From a virus (Duplodnaviria; Caudoviricetes), in IMG/VR virus record IMGVR_UViG_3300028591_000108, positions 64,001 to 128,000 of that record: 64,000 nt of DNA; one strand, given 5' to 3'. The notes under the pieces were generated by a model. That model saw only the letters and a list, made by a program, of their open reading frames with translations, did no database searches and had not been told where the DNA came from. Numbering within the stretch: position 1 is the first letter of the stretch; the number at the start of each line of letters is the position of its first letter. A program made the translations under genes and the position numbers. This document shows positions 1-10,192 of this stretch, piece after piece.

Positions 1-447
1 TCCGATGCGACTGCGGTTGCTGCGGAAATTCTTAATAGTAAAACCGCATATAAGAATGGCGAAAAAATAACAGGTACTATGCCTAATAGGGGCGCAGTTG
101 CTGGCACTATATCTACTGTCGCGGGCGAATATACTGTGCCGCAAGGTTACCACGATGGTAGCGGCAAGGTTGCTATTGCGGCGACAGAGTAGGCAAAACT
201 TGTAGCCGCAAATATTCGTGAAGGTATTACTGTATTAGGAGTCACTGGTACTATGAGCGGCAGTGAAGGCATGAAAGCGACCGCTGCGTCTGTTACTCCA
301 TATACTACAGCACAAACAATTACGCCTTCGAGTTTAGGTGATTTTAATAGCATAAGTCAAATCAATGTTGCCGCAATTGCTTATACAGAAAGTGACAATG
401 CGGCGGGTGGCGTTACAGTTACAATTGGTACTGTTGCGCCCGCGTGA
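1..447 (+). CDS. Tail/virion structural protein, C-terminal part (5' truncated by window)
   Basis: Frame 1 is open from base 1 when TAG(190) is read as Gln: ...GYHDGSGKVAIAATE-Q-AKLVAANIREGITVLGVTG..., typical of Firmicute phage tail proteins. Ends TGA 445-447. Confidence 0.75.
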
Positions 448-461
448 GGTGGTGAAACGTA

Positions 462-878
462 ATGGCAAATAATCCTTATATAAATAAAATAAATTATGGG
501 GATTAGACCTTAATTGATTTGACTGCGGATACAGTAGCGGCAGGCGCATTATTGAGTGGGTATACCGCACATAACGCTTCCGGCGCGATAATTACTGGTG
601 CTATTTAGGCAAAAACATAGAATGATGTGACTATTGAGGGAACCGAAGTTAATGTAATAGCGGGATATTATCCAGCTGTTAATAAAAATATAGATGGGAT
701 ATAGTTAACTGTCCCAGAAAGTAATACACATGATTTTTATATTGATTTTCCTGATACTATCGCACCCGCATCTGCTAGTGATTGGTCGCGCATTGTTTTT
801 AGTGTAGATGATGAGGGGAATTCAACGGTAACGGACAGTTAGATGAATTTAATCGCGGCTGAGGAGGTATCTTTTTAA
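462..878 (+). CDS. Tail-associated protein (TAG-recoded)
   Basis: RBS GAGGTGG. MANNPYINKINYGD-Q-TLIDLTADTV...GYTAHNASG with 5 in-frame TAG. TAA overlaps the next ATG. Absent from the ORF track. Confidence 0.75.
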
Positions 879-2800
879 TGAGTAATATGTATGTTTTATA
901 GGAATCAACCCTACAAGGATTGGGAAATGCTATGCGTAAGCATTTTGATACAACAGATACCTTTACGCCGTTGGAAATGATTGAAAAATTAAATATAAAA
1001 GAAACTGGCTCAGTTAATATACAAATGAATAATAATTCACATATTAATCCAGTTACTGGAAAATGGGAGCGTCCTGAAACTTGGCCAGATATAGATGCTC
1101 TCGCTGCGGAATGCAATGGAGAAGAAGACTGTCTGTATCTTACATATGATTTAACTGTTCATCCAGATTATCATTGGATTGGAATATATGTAAATATGTC
1201 GGAAGGAGATACTTGGTATTTAGATAGATATGATGAGGGTGAATTTACTCATACACATCTATCTGCGTCAAAAAATAATAGAATAAGATATGATTTAACA
1301 AATGAACCTGATAATAGTACAGTATAGGTTTGGCGGTTGACTTCTAACGGGCATATTAGCTGGTTTGGTTATGTACCAAACAGTACTGTAGAAGCAGAAA
1401 ACTTTGCTAATAACTCATAGCCTTGCGTTGACCGTGCGGGAATATTACCTTGGTGTGTACAGTTAGGCCCTGCTAGTGGCCTTAGTTATACAAGCCCAAG
1501 TAGTTATATCGGCGCAACATTATGGCTAGAACATGACGCTTTAACATTTGGAACAAAAGCAAGCGTTACTAGTTTACGCAATTTTTGGTATGATGCGAGA
1601 CGACTAGCCGTAATAGATACAAGTAATTGGAATACAAGTGGCTGGGCAGTTACAAGTTTAAATAATACATGGGTACATTGTTATTCTTTAATAGATTTGG
1701 AATTAAATAATTTAGATACAAGTCATTGGGAAGTAAATAATATGGTGAGCGCATGGAATGAATGCTTTTCACTACGACAATTGGATTTGAGTAAATGGGA
1801 CACAAGTAAGTGGTCTGTAGCAAATCTCGGGTCTACTTGGTATCGTTGTTATAGCTTACAAGAATTAGATATTAGTACTTGGGATACTTCGAATTGGGCG
1901 GTTACAACGATACAGGACTGCTGGTAGCAATGCGAGTCTTTAGAAAAGCTAGATTTAAATAATTGGGATACTTCCAATTGGCGAGTATCATCATTACAGA
2001 ATACTTGGGGTTACTGTTACAGTTTAAAAAAATTAAATATAGATGACTGGGATGTTAGTAATTGGCCGATAACTTCTCTATAGTAGGCTTGGACCAATTG
2101 CCGATCATTAAAACAATTAAATTTAAATAAATGGGATACTTAGAATTGGGAATTAACATCTTTATCAAATACTTGGGACGGATGTAATGGATTAGAACAA
2201 TTAAATATTAATGAATGGGACACTAGTAATTGGTCATTAACCACTTTAAGTTCTACTTGGAGATATTGTTATAGTTTATAGAAGTTAAATTTAAATGATT
2301 GGGATACTAATAATTGGATATTAACATCATTATACTACACTTGGGATTCTTGTTATTCATTACAAGAATTAAATATTAATGCATGGGATACACAAAATTG
2401 GGAAATACATGATATGCGTCATATAATTAGTAATTGTTATAATTTAAAAATCTTTGATATTGAAGACTGGGATACAACAAATTGGAGCAATATTAATTTT
2501 CAAGGCGTTTTCGATGGCACATGGACACTATAGATTTGTCGGCTTCCATTGGGGCTTCCAGTAACTTCTAACTTTTCATATCCTAACAACATAGCGTTAA
2601 TATATTATTCAGGATATGGTATTAATGCTAATCATAACCTTTCGAGTACCAAACTAACTGCCGACTCTATTAGGTCTATCTTCAATCGTCTACCAACTAT
2701 CTCTAACTCACTAACAATTACTCTCGGCGCAGAAAATCTTCTCAAAGTAACCGCCGAAGATATCGCAGTCGCAACTAACAAAGGCTGGACAGTAGCATAA
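878..2800 (+). CDS. BspA/DUF285-like leucine-rich repeat protein, putative receptor-binding/adhesin (~640 aa, TAG-recoded)
   Basis: Track ORFs 920, 1697 and 2549 share one frame separated by TAG. About 12 tandem ~28-aa repeats WxxCYSLxxLDLxxWDTSxWxV. C-terminus ...IAVATNKGWTVA. Confidence 0.8.
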
Positions 2801-2814
2801 GGAAGGTGATTTAA

Positions 2815-3588
2815 ATGGCAGACATAAATTTTGGCGTAAACCTAGTTCCTAAGAGCGATAGCCTTTACACGCTAGGAACCGCAAATTACAAATGGAATAT
2901 ATTCGCTAATTCTATTAATGGCACAGCATTAACTAATGCCTTCCTTCCGTCAGTTACTTCTGACAATAATGGACAAATTCTAAAGGTTGATAATGGCGTC
3001 TGGACTGTTGGCGAAGCGCCGACTTCTCTACCGCCTATTTCAATCTTAAATAACAATAGCGTTCTATAGGTACAAAATGGAGATTGGGCCGTTTTGCCGC
3101 TAGCTGTAATGTCGGGCGCGGACAGTTCAACAGATGGAACATCTGGCTTAGTACCCGCGCCTACCACTGCGGATGTAAATAAGTTCTTATCGGGCGATGG
3201 CACTTGGAAATCAGGTGGATTACCTATGGTTATATTAAAATATGGCTCTTCTACTTGGGATGATTTTATGGCAGCTTACAATAATAATGTAATAGTATAT
3301 TGTCGTGCTTCTTCTAATTCTAATCCTGCGAGCGGCAACTAGCTAAGAATGGCTTTTATGGCATATGTAAATGATGAAACTAATCCTACAGAAGTAGAGT
3401 TTCAATACTATCGTTCAGTATCTAGTCATAGCGCAACATAGATGGGTGACTAGGTATTTGTATATAAATTAAATAAAAATAGTGGGTGGTCTGTCACCAC
3501 TCGTGAAGCAAGTCTAAAACAAATAGTTGCGGGAACGGGTATAAGCGTATCCTGGTCTAGTAACAAAGCAACTATTAGTTTAGCATAA
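2815..3588 (+). CDS. Tail fibre-like protein (TAG-recoded)
   Basis: ORFs 2815 and 3094 join via TAG. Contains the GTSGLVPAP...KFLSGDGTW fibre motif. Ends TAA 3586-3588. Confidence 0.7.
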
Positions 3589-3602
3589 TTTGAGGTGATA
3601 AA

Positions 3603-3851
3603 ATGCGAAATGTATATTTTATAAGCCAAGCTTACCACAATAAAACCAATGATACTTGGACAAAAGGTATGGTAGTTAAGAGTGACCCCGAAAAAGATAA
3701 TGAGGCAGAAGCCCTACAAGTGTATCACTCATATCTTGGCGCATATGCCTATGGCCACGCGCCGGAAATTGATTTTGTATATTGTTGCTTAACCGCAGCA
3801 GATAATATACGTGAGCCATTAGAAGAGCGCTGGGAAGCTCCAGTTACCTAA
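3603..3851 (+). CDS. Hypothetical protein (one copy of the domain duplicated in 6741..7187)
   Basis: RBS GAGGTG. YFISQAYH..DTWTKG....ALQVYHSYL resembles FFVHSIRH.GDTYTKG....ACRSFHTQL. Confidence 0.65.
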   Translation: MRNVYFISQAYHNKTNDTWTKGMVVKSDPEKDNEAEALQVYHSYLGAYAYGHAPEIDFVYCCLTAADNIREPLEERWEAPVT

Positions 3852-3867
3852 AAGAAGGTAAAACACA

Positions 3868-3939
3868 ATGGAAAACAAATTCTTTCTACATCATATTCGT
3901 AAAAACGGACTTCAGCAAGAATATAAACATATTTATTAA
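3868..3939 (+). pseudogene. Truncated 5' duplicate of gene 6741..7187
   Basis: MENKFFLHHIRKNG..., 38/42 nt identical to 6741-6782, then stops after 23 codons. Confidence 0.65.
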
Positions 3940-3951
3940 TGAGGTGATTAA

Positions 3952-6726
3952 ATGCACATTTTATCAAAAATAGGTAACCGAGATAATGTGGTTACTTATG
4001 AACATATATGTGATACTGTTGCTGATATGCCAGCAATAGAATCACACTATATAACTCTAGGCTCTGTCTGTCTAGTACTTGGCGGCGAAAGTGGCATGTA
4101 GGTTTACATGGCAGATTCATAGAAATAGTGGCATAATATTATGACTGCCGTAAGTGAAGCAGGACAAAGTACCTCGGGTCTTACACTGCATATTTGTACT
4201 CCCGAAGAAATTAACGAAGGCGTGCCCGCAATTGAATAGCCGCTTGAATCTACATTATATCTTGTGCCTTCGGGTGAAGAAACTGGTAACTTATATAAAG
4301 AATATGTATATGTAAATGATAATTGGGAACTATTTGGCAGCGCCGATATTGACCTCAGCGGCTACGCACCAATTGCGAATCCTGTCTTCACTGGAAGTAT
4401 TAGTATGGGAAGAAAATCAAATACTACCGTTGGACAAGATAGTGTTACTATTGGAATGAATACTACTGCTTCTGCATATAAATCAATTGCAACAGGAAGC
4501 GGGACGATTGCGAGTTATATGTATGCTCATGCTGAAGGTATGAATACCACTGCAAATAACACAGCGACTCATGCGGAAGGAATAGGTAATCTTAGTGGAA
4601 CTTTTACTTATAATCATCAAACTTATACTGGTACCGGCGCGTATGGCACCTTCTCCCATGCAGAAGGCCAAAATACATGGGCAATGAGCCATGTCGCTCA
4701 TGCTGAAGGTATGGATACTAAAGCTTGCGGAACTGCATCGCACTCAGAAGGATAGAACACTTAGGCAAAAGGATATTTTTCTCACGCAGAAGGATTTAAC
4801 ACCACTACTGAAGGAACAGCAGCACATGCAGAAGGAAATTCTACTATCGCGCGCGGTAACTATTCTCATGCTAGTGGTGATAATACAATTGCTCAAGGCG
4901 CATATGAAACTGTAGTTGGGCGTTATAACTTAGTTACTACTTTTTCGGATTGGAGAGCCAATAACGAATATAAAGTTGGTGCTTTAATTACAAGACACGA
5001 AAATAATATTGACGTGATTTATCGCTGTAAAACCGAACACACCAGTGGATCTTCTTTTGATTCAAGTAAATGGGAACTTGGAGGAAAATACCTATTTGTA
5101 GTTGGTACAGGAACAAGTGAGTATGACCGCAATAATGCTTTTACTGTAAAATATGATGGTAGTATCGAGCAGGGTAAATATGCTACTGCTTCTAATAGTT
5201 TCTCTCATGCTCAAGGCTATTCAACATAGGCAAATGCGATATATTCACATGCTGAAGGCAATACTTCACGGGCGAATGGTGATTTTTCACACGCAGAGGG
5301 TAATGTAACTATTACGAGTGGTACGGGGTCACATTCGGAAGGTAATGGTACAACTGCAATAGGGTCATACTCACATGCCGAAGGTGATAATACAACTGCA
5401 TCAGGAGTATACTCACATGCAGAAGGGACAGGTTATAAAAATTATTCAATTACATATAAAGACGTAACTTATTCTAATACTGGCGCCCATGGTTAGAGTT
5501 CACATACAGAAGGTTACGGAACCTGGGCAATTGCTCCACACTCTCATGCGGAAGGATCTTCTGTTGTGGCAGGAAATTCATACGCTCATGCTGAAGGTGA
5601 TAGTCTTTCTATTAAAACTGTTAATGGAATTACATACCCCGCCGCAGGAGCATATGGAATAAGCTCTCATAGTGAAGGAAGAAACACTCTAGCAATTGCT
5701 AATTATTCACATACAGAAGGTCAAGCAACAGTAGCTTCAAGTGCTGGTGCGCATGCAGAAGGTGAAAGTACTACCGCATCTGGCTCTGCTGCACATGCAG
5801 AAGGAAGTTATACAACTGCATCTGGACAACAGTCGCACGCTGAAGGCTATTACTCTGTTGCTTCTAATAGTTACGCGCATGCGGAAGGGTATAGTGCAGA
5901 AGCCTCAGGATATAGTTCACATGCTGAAGGATATGATGCCAAAACCGCTGGAAGTTATGCACATGCCGAAGGATAGGGAAGTGGATCAGCTGCAATAACA
6001 TGGGGTAACTCTTCTTATTCTGGTTCGGGCGCATATGGAACGGCATCACACTCTGAGGGAATATCAACCTGGGCAATGGGTTCATCGTCACATGCAGAAG
6101 GTTCATATACAAAAGCGTTTGCGGAAAATGCACATGCGGAAGGCACCTCTTCAACTGCCTCATCCAATGCTTCACATGCTGAAGGAATACAAACAGCCGC
6201 ATCTGGACGCGCGAGCCATGCAGAAGGACAAAGTACTATTGCACAAGGGCTATGTTCACATGCAGAAGGCGAAAACACCAGAGCGGTTGGATCTTATTCG
6301 CATAGTGCAGGTACAGATACCATTGCTATGCATGACTATTCTCATGCCTGCGGTCAATCTACTGTTGCTTATGGTCATAATACGTTTGTTATTGGTAAAT
6401 ATAATATATCGTATGATTCTATTTCAGAATATGCTGCTGGCACAGAATATGCAGTAGGAGATTTAATTAAAATTACAACAGGTGATACATATATAATTTA
6501 TAGATGTATCACCGCGCATACTAGTGCAGAAACTTATACTCAAGATAGAGATAATTGGGAAGAACCCCATGCCTTTGTAATAGGTAACGGAAGTTCTCAA
6601 ACTCGTTCCAATGCATTTACAGTTAATTGGGATGGCAGTGTAGAAATGGGGCCAGTATTAAAAGTTGGTAATACTACCATAACTGAATCTCAATTATAGC
6701 AATTACTTGCTTTATTAAATACCTAA
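3952..6726 (+). CDS. YadA/Hep_Hag head-repeat trimeric adhesin-like tail fibre (~924 aa, TAG-recoded)
   Basis: ORFs 4264, 5014, 5566 and 6076 are in one frame joined by TAG. Dozens of 14-aa SHAEG..T.A.G repeats, two neck motifs (FVVG.G...R.NAFTV..DG) and two CBM5/12-like inserts (EYxVGxLI...IYRC...HTS). Confidence 0.85.
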
Positions 6727-6740
6727 TGGAGGTAATTTAA

Positions 6741-7187
6741 ATGGAAAACAAATTCTTTCTCCATCGTATTCGTAAAGATGGAGACGCTTATAATACAGGA
6801 ATCGAAGTACATGATACTCTCGACTCCGCAATTTAGTCCTTTCATGCACAAATGAAAATGGCCTATAACAATCCAAGCTACCCTAACATGACTTTCGTAT
6901 CATGTATGGTAACAGATGAGCAAGACCAAGTAGTAGGCAAATACAATGAAACTTGGTCTAAAGCAAATATATCTGATTTCTTTGTTCATTCTATTCGTCA
7001 TGATGGAGACACTTATACAAAAGGAATTGAAGTACAGCCTTGGTATGGCGCGGCTTGCCGCTCTTTCCATACTCAACTTGAATTTGGCTATAATAATTCC
7101 AAATTCCCAAACGTCACATTCGTTGCTAGTAAAATTACTGGCGGCAGCGGCATTATACATAAAACAGAATCGTGGACAAAAGAATAA
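6741..7187 (+). CDS. Hypothetical protein with internal tandem duplication (one TAG)
   Basis: RBS GGAGG. MENKFFLHRIRKDGDAYNTGIEV...AI-Q-SFHAQ is in frame with track ORF 6852. Two ~70-aa repeats. Confidence 0.75.
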
Positions 7188-7192
7188 CATAT

Positions 7193-7220
7193 GGCGGCAG
7201 AAATGCCGCCTCTTTTTTTA
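7193..7220 (+). terminator. Rho-independent terminator
   Basis: GGCGGCA-GAAA-TGCCGCC followed by a T-tract. Confidence 0.8.
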
Positions 7221-7221
7221 T

Positions 7222-7250
7222 TTGACTTTTATCTAAATTTATAATATAAT
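7222..7250 (+). promoter_or_regulatory. Sigma-A/70 consensus promoter (one of ~18 near-consensus copies)
   Basis: TTGACT-17-TATAAT. Similar sites at ~8106, 9271, 21705, 23312, 38712, 40363, 42051, 42161, 42408, 46827, 49514, 52046, 54090, 55154, 59778, 61823 and 63787. Confidence 0.8.
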
Positions 7251-7273
7251 ATGTATATAGAAAGGAGTAGATT

Positions 7274-7489
7274 ATGAATACAACAACTCTTCATGCTTTT
7301 ACAAGTCTAAGTGATTGGCAATGGCACAAAATGGACCCTCAAGAAATAGATATGTATGTGCGACAAGATTTGGCGCAACAGCTTGTTGATTTTATTATGG
7401 ATGAGGATTTGATTAAGATAGATATGGATAGAGATTTATCTACTAATACCATTACTATGCAAACACAGCTTAAAATTATTCAGGAGTAA
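7274..7489 (+). CDS. Hypothetical protein
   Basis: RBS AAGGAG after a sigma-A promoter. No in-frame TAG. Confidence 0.65.
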   Translation: MNTTTLHAFTSLSDWQWHKMDPQEIDMYVRQDLAQQLVDFIMDEDLIKIDMDRDLSTNTITMQTQLKIIQE

Positions 7490-7501
7490 TAATATTGGAC
7501 G

Positions 7502-7735
7502 GTGAAAATTAGAATGTTTACTGGCGACGAAATTTTTGGAACTCGTAATAAAGATGGATCATGGGACTTAGAAATAACAGGCATGGAATATAATTCAGAT
7601 GGCAGCTCACAAGAGCGAAAACTTACTATAAAAGGTGCAAGTGTTGAGGTAGAAATGTCAGCACATGAACCACCGAATGTTAAGATAATGACAGATGATA
7701 CTATTCATATTGTAGAGCGGCCTATCTTTCACTAA
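7502..7735 (+). CDS. Hypothetical protein
   Basis: GTG start, operon spacing. Confidence 0.55.
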   Translation: MKIRMFTGDEIFGTRNKDGSWDLEITGMEYNSDGSSQERKLTIKGASVEVEMSAHEPPNVKIMTDDTIHIVERPIFH

Positions 7736-7750
7736 CATAAGGAGGGCGCA

Positions 7751-8119
7751 ATGGAACAAGCAAACGATACCATATATATAAATGCAAACGATATATCAAC
7801 GTTACCACAAACATCATTATGGCCATCTATGACATTAAATTCAAACGCATGTACTATTATGCGTAATCCGTGGGAAGATAAATTAAAAGAATATTGTAGC
7901 TCTACTGATAAGCATTTGGATGAACTAGAAGAAGATATTGAATTCTTAGATAATATGCGTAAGGACACGAATGGTTAGCTAGCCTTTCATAATGATAAGA
8001 TTGGCGAGCTTGAGGCTAAAATAAAATCGCTTCAAAATGAGAATGTTCTATTACGTTCCGATTTAGACAATTTATATAATCAAATTTATATGTTGCAGCA
8101 GAAACTTGACAACCAATAA
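7751..8119 (+). CDS. Coiled-coil hypothetical protein (one TAG)
   Basis: RBS AAGGAGG. Reading through TAG 7976 continues the heptad pattern (LAFHNDKIGELEAKIKSLQNEN...) to TAA 8117-8119. Confidence 0.65.
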
Positions 8120-8156
8120 AAATTATAGTATAATAAAAGAAAAAAGGAGATAAAAA

Positions 8157-8618
8157 ATGAACGGTATTAAGATGTCAGATTGTCGGTTTTACACAGACGA
8201 GGGAGCGCGGACTGTTGTATGCGTTATTGCGGGTGAAGAAGTGGAGGATATACTAATTGGTTTTATTAGTGAAAACTTCGATTTCAATGATATCTGCATA
8301 GATTGGGCCCTTAAGCCGCGTTTTTACAAACAGCTAAAGATGCCTAAGTCTTTTATGGGCAAGGCAGTTTGCTCAGAAGACGATGAGTGGGACGAGGAGG
8401 CCGGTAAGCTTCTGGCTTTTAAGCGTGCGAAGACTAAGTTTTACAATAGTTTCTTCAAGCGTGCAAACATCCTAATGCGGGCGCTTGACAGCCGTCTAGA
8501 TGATATGGTAGAAGCGTTCGGGCAGTTGGGGCTTAAGATTGAGAATAATATGAATGCTATTGATAAGCAGCTTGATGATAAGAATCTTATTATTCCGCTA
8601 CCTGATGATAATGGTTAA
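8157..8618 (+). CDS. Hypothetical phage protein
   Basis: Promoter at 8106 and RBS AAGGAG. Motif GKAVCSEDDEWDEEAGKLLA. Confidence 0.75.
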   Translation: MNGIKMSDCRFYTDEGARTVVCVIAGEEVEDILIGFISENFDFNDICIDWALKPRFYKQLKMPKSFMGKAVCSEDDEWDEEAGKLLAFKRAKTKFYNSFFKRANILMRALDSRLDDMVEAFGQLGLKIENNMNAIDKQLDDKNLIIPLPDDNG

Positions 8619-8627
8619 AAAAATAAA

Positions 8628-8660
8628 GGGCGAGACTCAAAGTCTCGCCATTATTTTTTG
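8628..8660. terminator. Bidirectional terminator between convergent genes
   Basis: GGCGAGACT-CAA-AGTCTCGCC flanked by an A-tract upstream and a T-tract downstream. Confidence 0.7.
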
Positions 8661-9245
8661 TATTAGACCGCGTATTATATGTAATATTGCGGAACGACTC
8701 AAAGATATTTTTGCGCCCGGATAATAAAAACCTAGTATTTCTTTGTACGTTTTTCCGGCCCGTGCTGCGGCAATAGCGCCTTTCTAACTCATTCCTACTC
8801 CATGACCACTTTTCGCGCTAGAGTCCCACGGATCTGGCTGCGCGATTAGGTATGGTTTCTTAGTGCCCCATACTTCTTCACTGGAGTAAGTGTAGCCACC
8901 ATTTGCTTCGCAATAATTGGCGCTAATAACATTGCCATTATAAGTAAGTACCTATCCCTTAGTTTCCCATGCAGCTTTCGCGCAAGTAGCATATCCAATT
9001 CTATTTGCTCTATAGGCTTGCGCAGTTGAACTACTATCAGATATTACTTTTCCCGAAAGTACCCCTCTCGCGATTGCAAAACTTCTCGCCGCAACAGCCT
9101 AAGCTTTGCAAGTCTCAAGCGGTGCATTGCCAACTTCAGAAGCGACAACGCAAGTTACGTAATCCTCAAGGTCAACATCCACAATGGTATTTTTCGCGCA
9201 CCCATAATACTCCATATTAGTTTTGGTCGTAATTTTAACTTTCAT
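8637..9245 (-). CDS. spoIID: SpoIID/LytB-family lytic transglycosylase (202 aa, 3 in-frame TAG)
   Basis: Minus strand, RBS GGAGGTG. LEDYVTCVVASE...KA-Q(TAG)-AVAARSFA, DSSSTAQAY, GHGVGMS-Q(TAG)-KGA and YKEILGFYYPG are hallmark SpoIID motifs. Not in the ORF track. Confidence 0.88.
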
Positions 9246-9324
9246 ATATATCACCTCCAACTATAAGTATTTGACTTATAGCAAAATTGTGCTATAATAT
9301 TCTTATAGAAAGGAAGTAATTTAA

Positions 9325-9648
9325 ATGAGTTTAACTTATCAAGAAATAGTTGAAAAGATTAAAAGTAAAGACGGCGTATCTTCAGCAGAAATTACAACTG
9401 AACAAATACTTATGTTATTCCATGACAGATATCTTAAAACTATAGAATGGGAACATAATCTATATGAATTTAATTTAATTCCAATTGAAAATGAAAAATA
9501 TTATAAATATTGGGTATATGATAACTTTCATAGCACACATGCGCTTGAACAAATAGTTAAAATGTCTCTTGAGGGCAAGTCAGTGTATCTTTTAATTCAA
9601 GATGAAGGTTTTGAGGTTAAAACAGAAGTATTGGAGACAGAAAAATGA
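9325..9648 (+). CDS. Hypothetical protein
   Basis: Follows the promoter at 9271. TAG-free. Confidence 0.65.
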   Translation: MSLTYQEIVEKIKSKDGVSSAEITTEQILMLFHDRYLKTIEWEHNLYEFNLIPIENEKYYKYWVYDNFHSTHALEQIVKMSLEGKSVYLLIQDEGFEVKTEVLETEK

Positions 9649-10067
9649 ACGAACGTTATTTTAAGTTTGCGCGCGAAGCCGCGAAAGAATCTACATATCA
9701 TGGTTCTCATAACTTTTCTCCTGCGATCGGAGCGGTTTGCGTATACAAGGGCAGTATTGTAGCAAGCGCCTGTAATTCTAATAAAACTTCGCCGCTTCAG
9801 GCTAAATATAACGTATACAGATATAGCGGCAATAACACATTGCCCAAGGCTCATGCCGAAACAATTCTTTTGCAGAGATTGCGGTGGAAATTTGGCGACT
9901 CATTACAGTGGAATAAGGTACATATCTATCTGTATCGCGAATATGCCGATGGTTCGCTGGCGCCGTCTCGGCCCTGTCCCTCGTGCATGGCTATGCTGCG
10001 CGAATATGGCATCACTAAGATTTCTTATACTACCGAGGATGGATATGCTACAGAGCATCTAAAATAA
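9645..10067 (+). CDS. Zn-dependent nucleoside/nucleotide deaminase (CDA/TadA fold)
   Basis: HAE and PCPSC zinc-binding motifs, N-terminal IGAVCV strand. Confidence 0.8.
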   Translation: MNERYFKFAREAAKESTYHGSHNFSPAIGAVCVYKGSIVASACNSNKTSPLQAKYNVYRYSGNNTLPKAHAETILLQRLRWKFGDSLQWNKVHIYLYREYADGSLAPSRPCPSCMAMLREYGITKISYTTEDGYATEHLK

Positions 10068-10192
10068 TTTTAACCTTCGTAATAAAAACCTAAATATTAT
10101 TTTTACCTTATCCTCTCTATTATGAGGAAAAATGTTTCGGCGCCATCAAATGATGGCGCTATTTTAATTTTGAGAAAAAGGAGGTAAAATGA

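Noticed and set aside
878-6726. Diversity-generating retroelement acting on the LRR or adhesin genes
   Set aside because: No reverse transcriptase and no template/variable repeat pair differing at adenines was seen. The repeats are protein-level.
9005-9220. Plus-strand 71-aa ORF
   Set aside because: Shadow of the minus-strand SpoIID gene.
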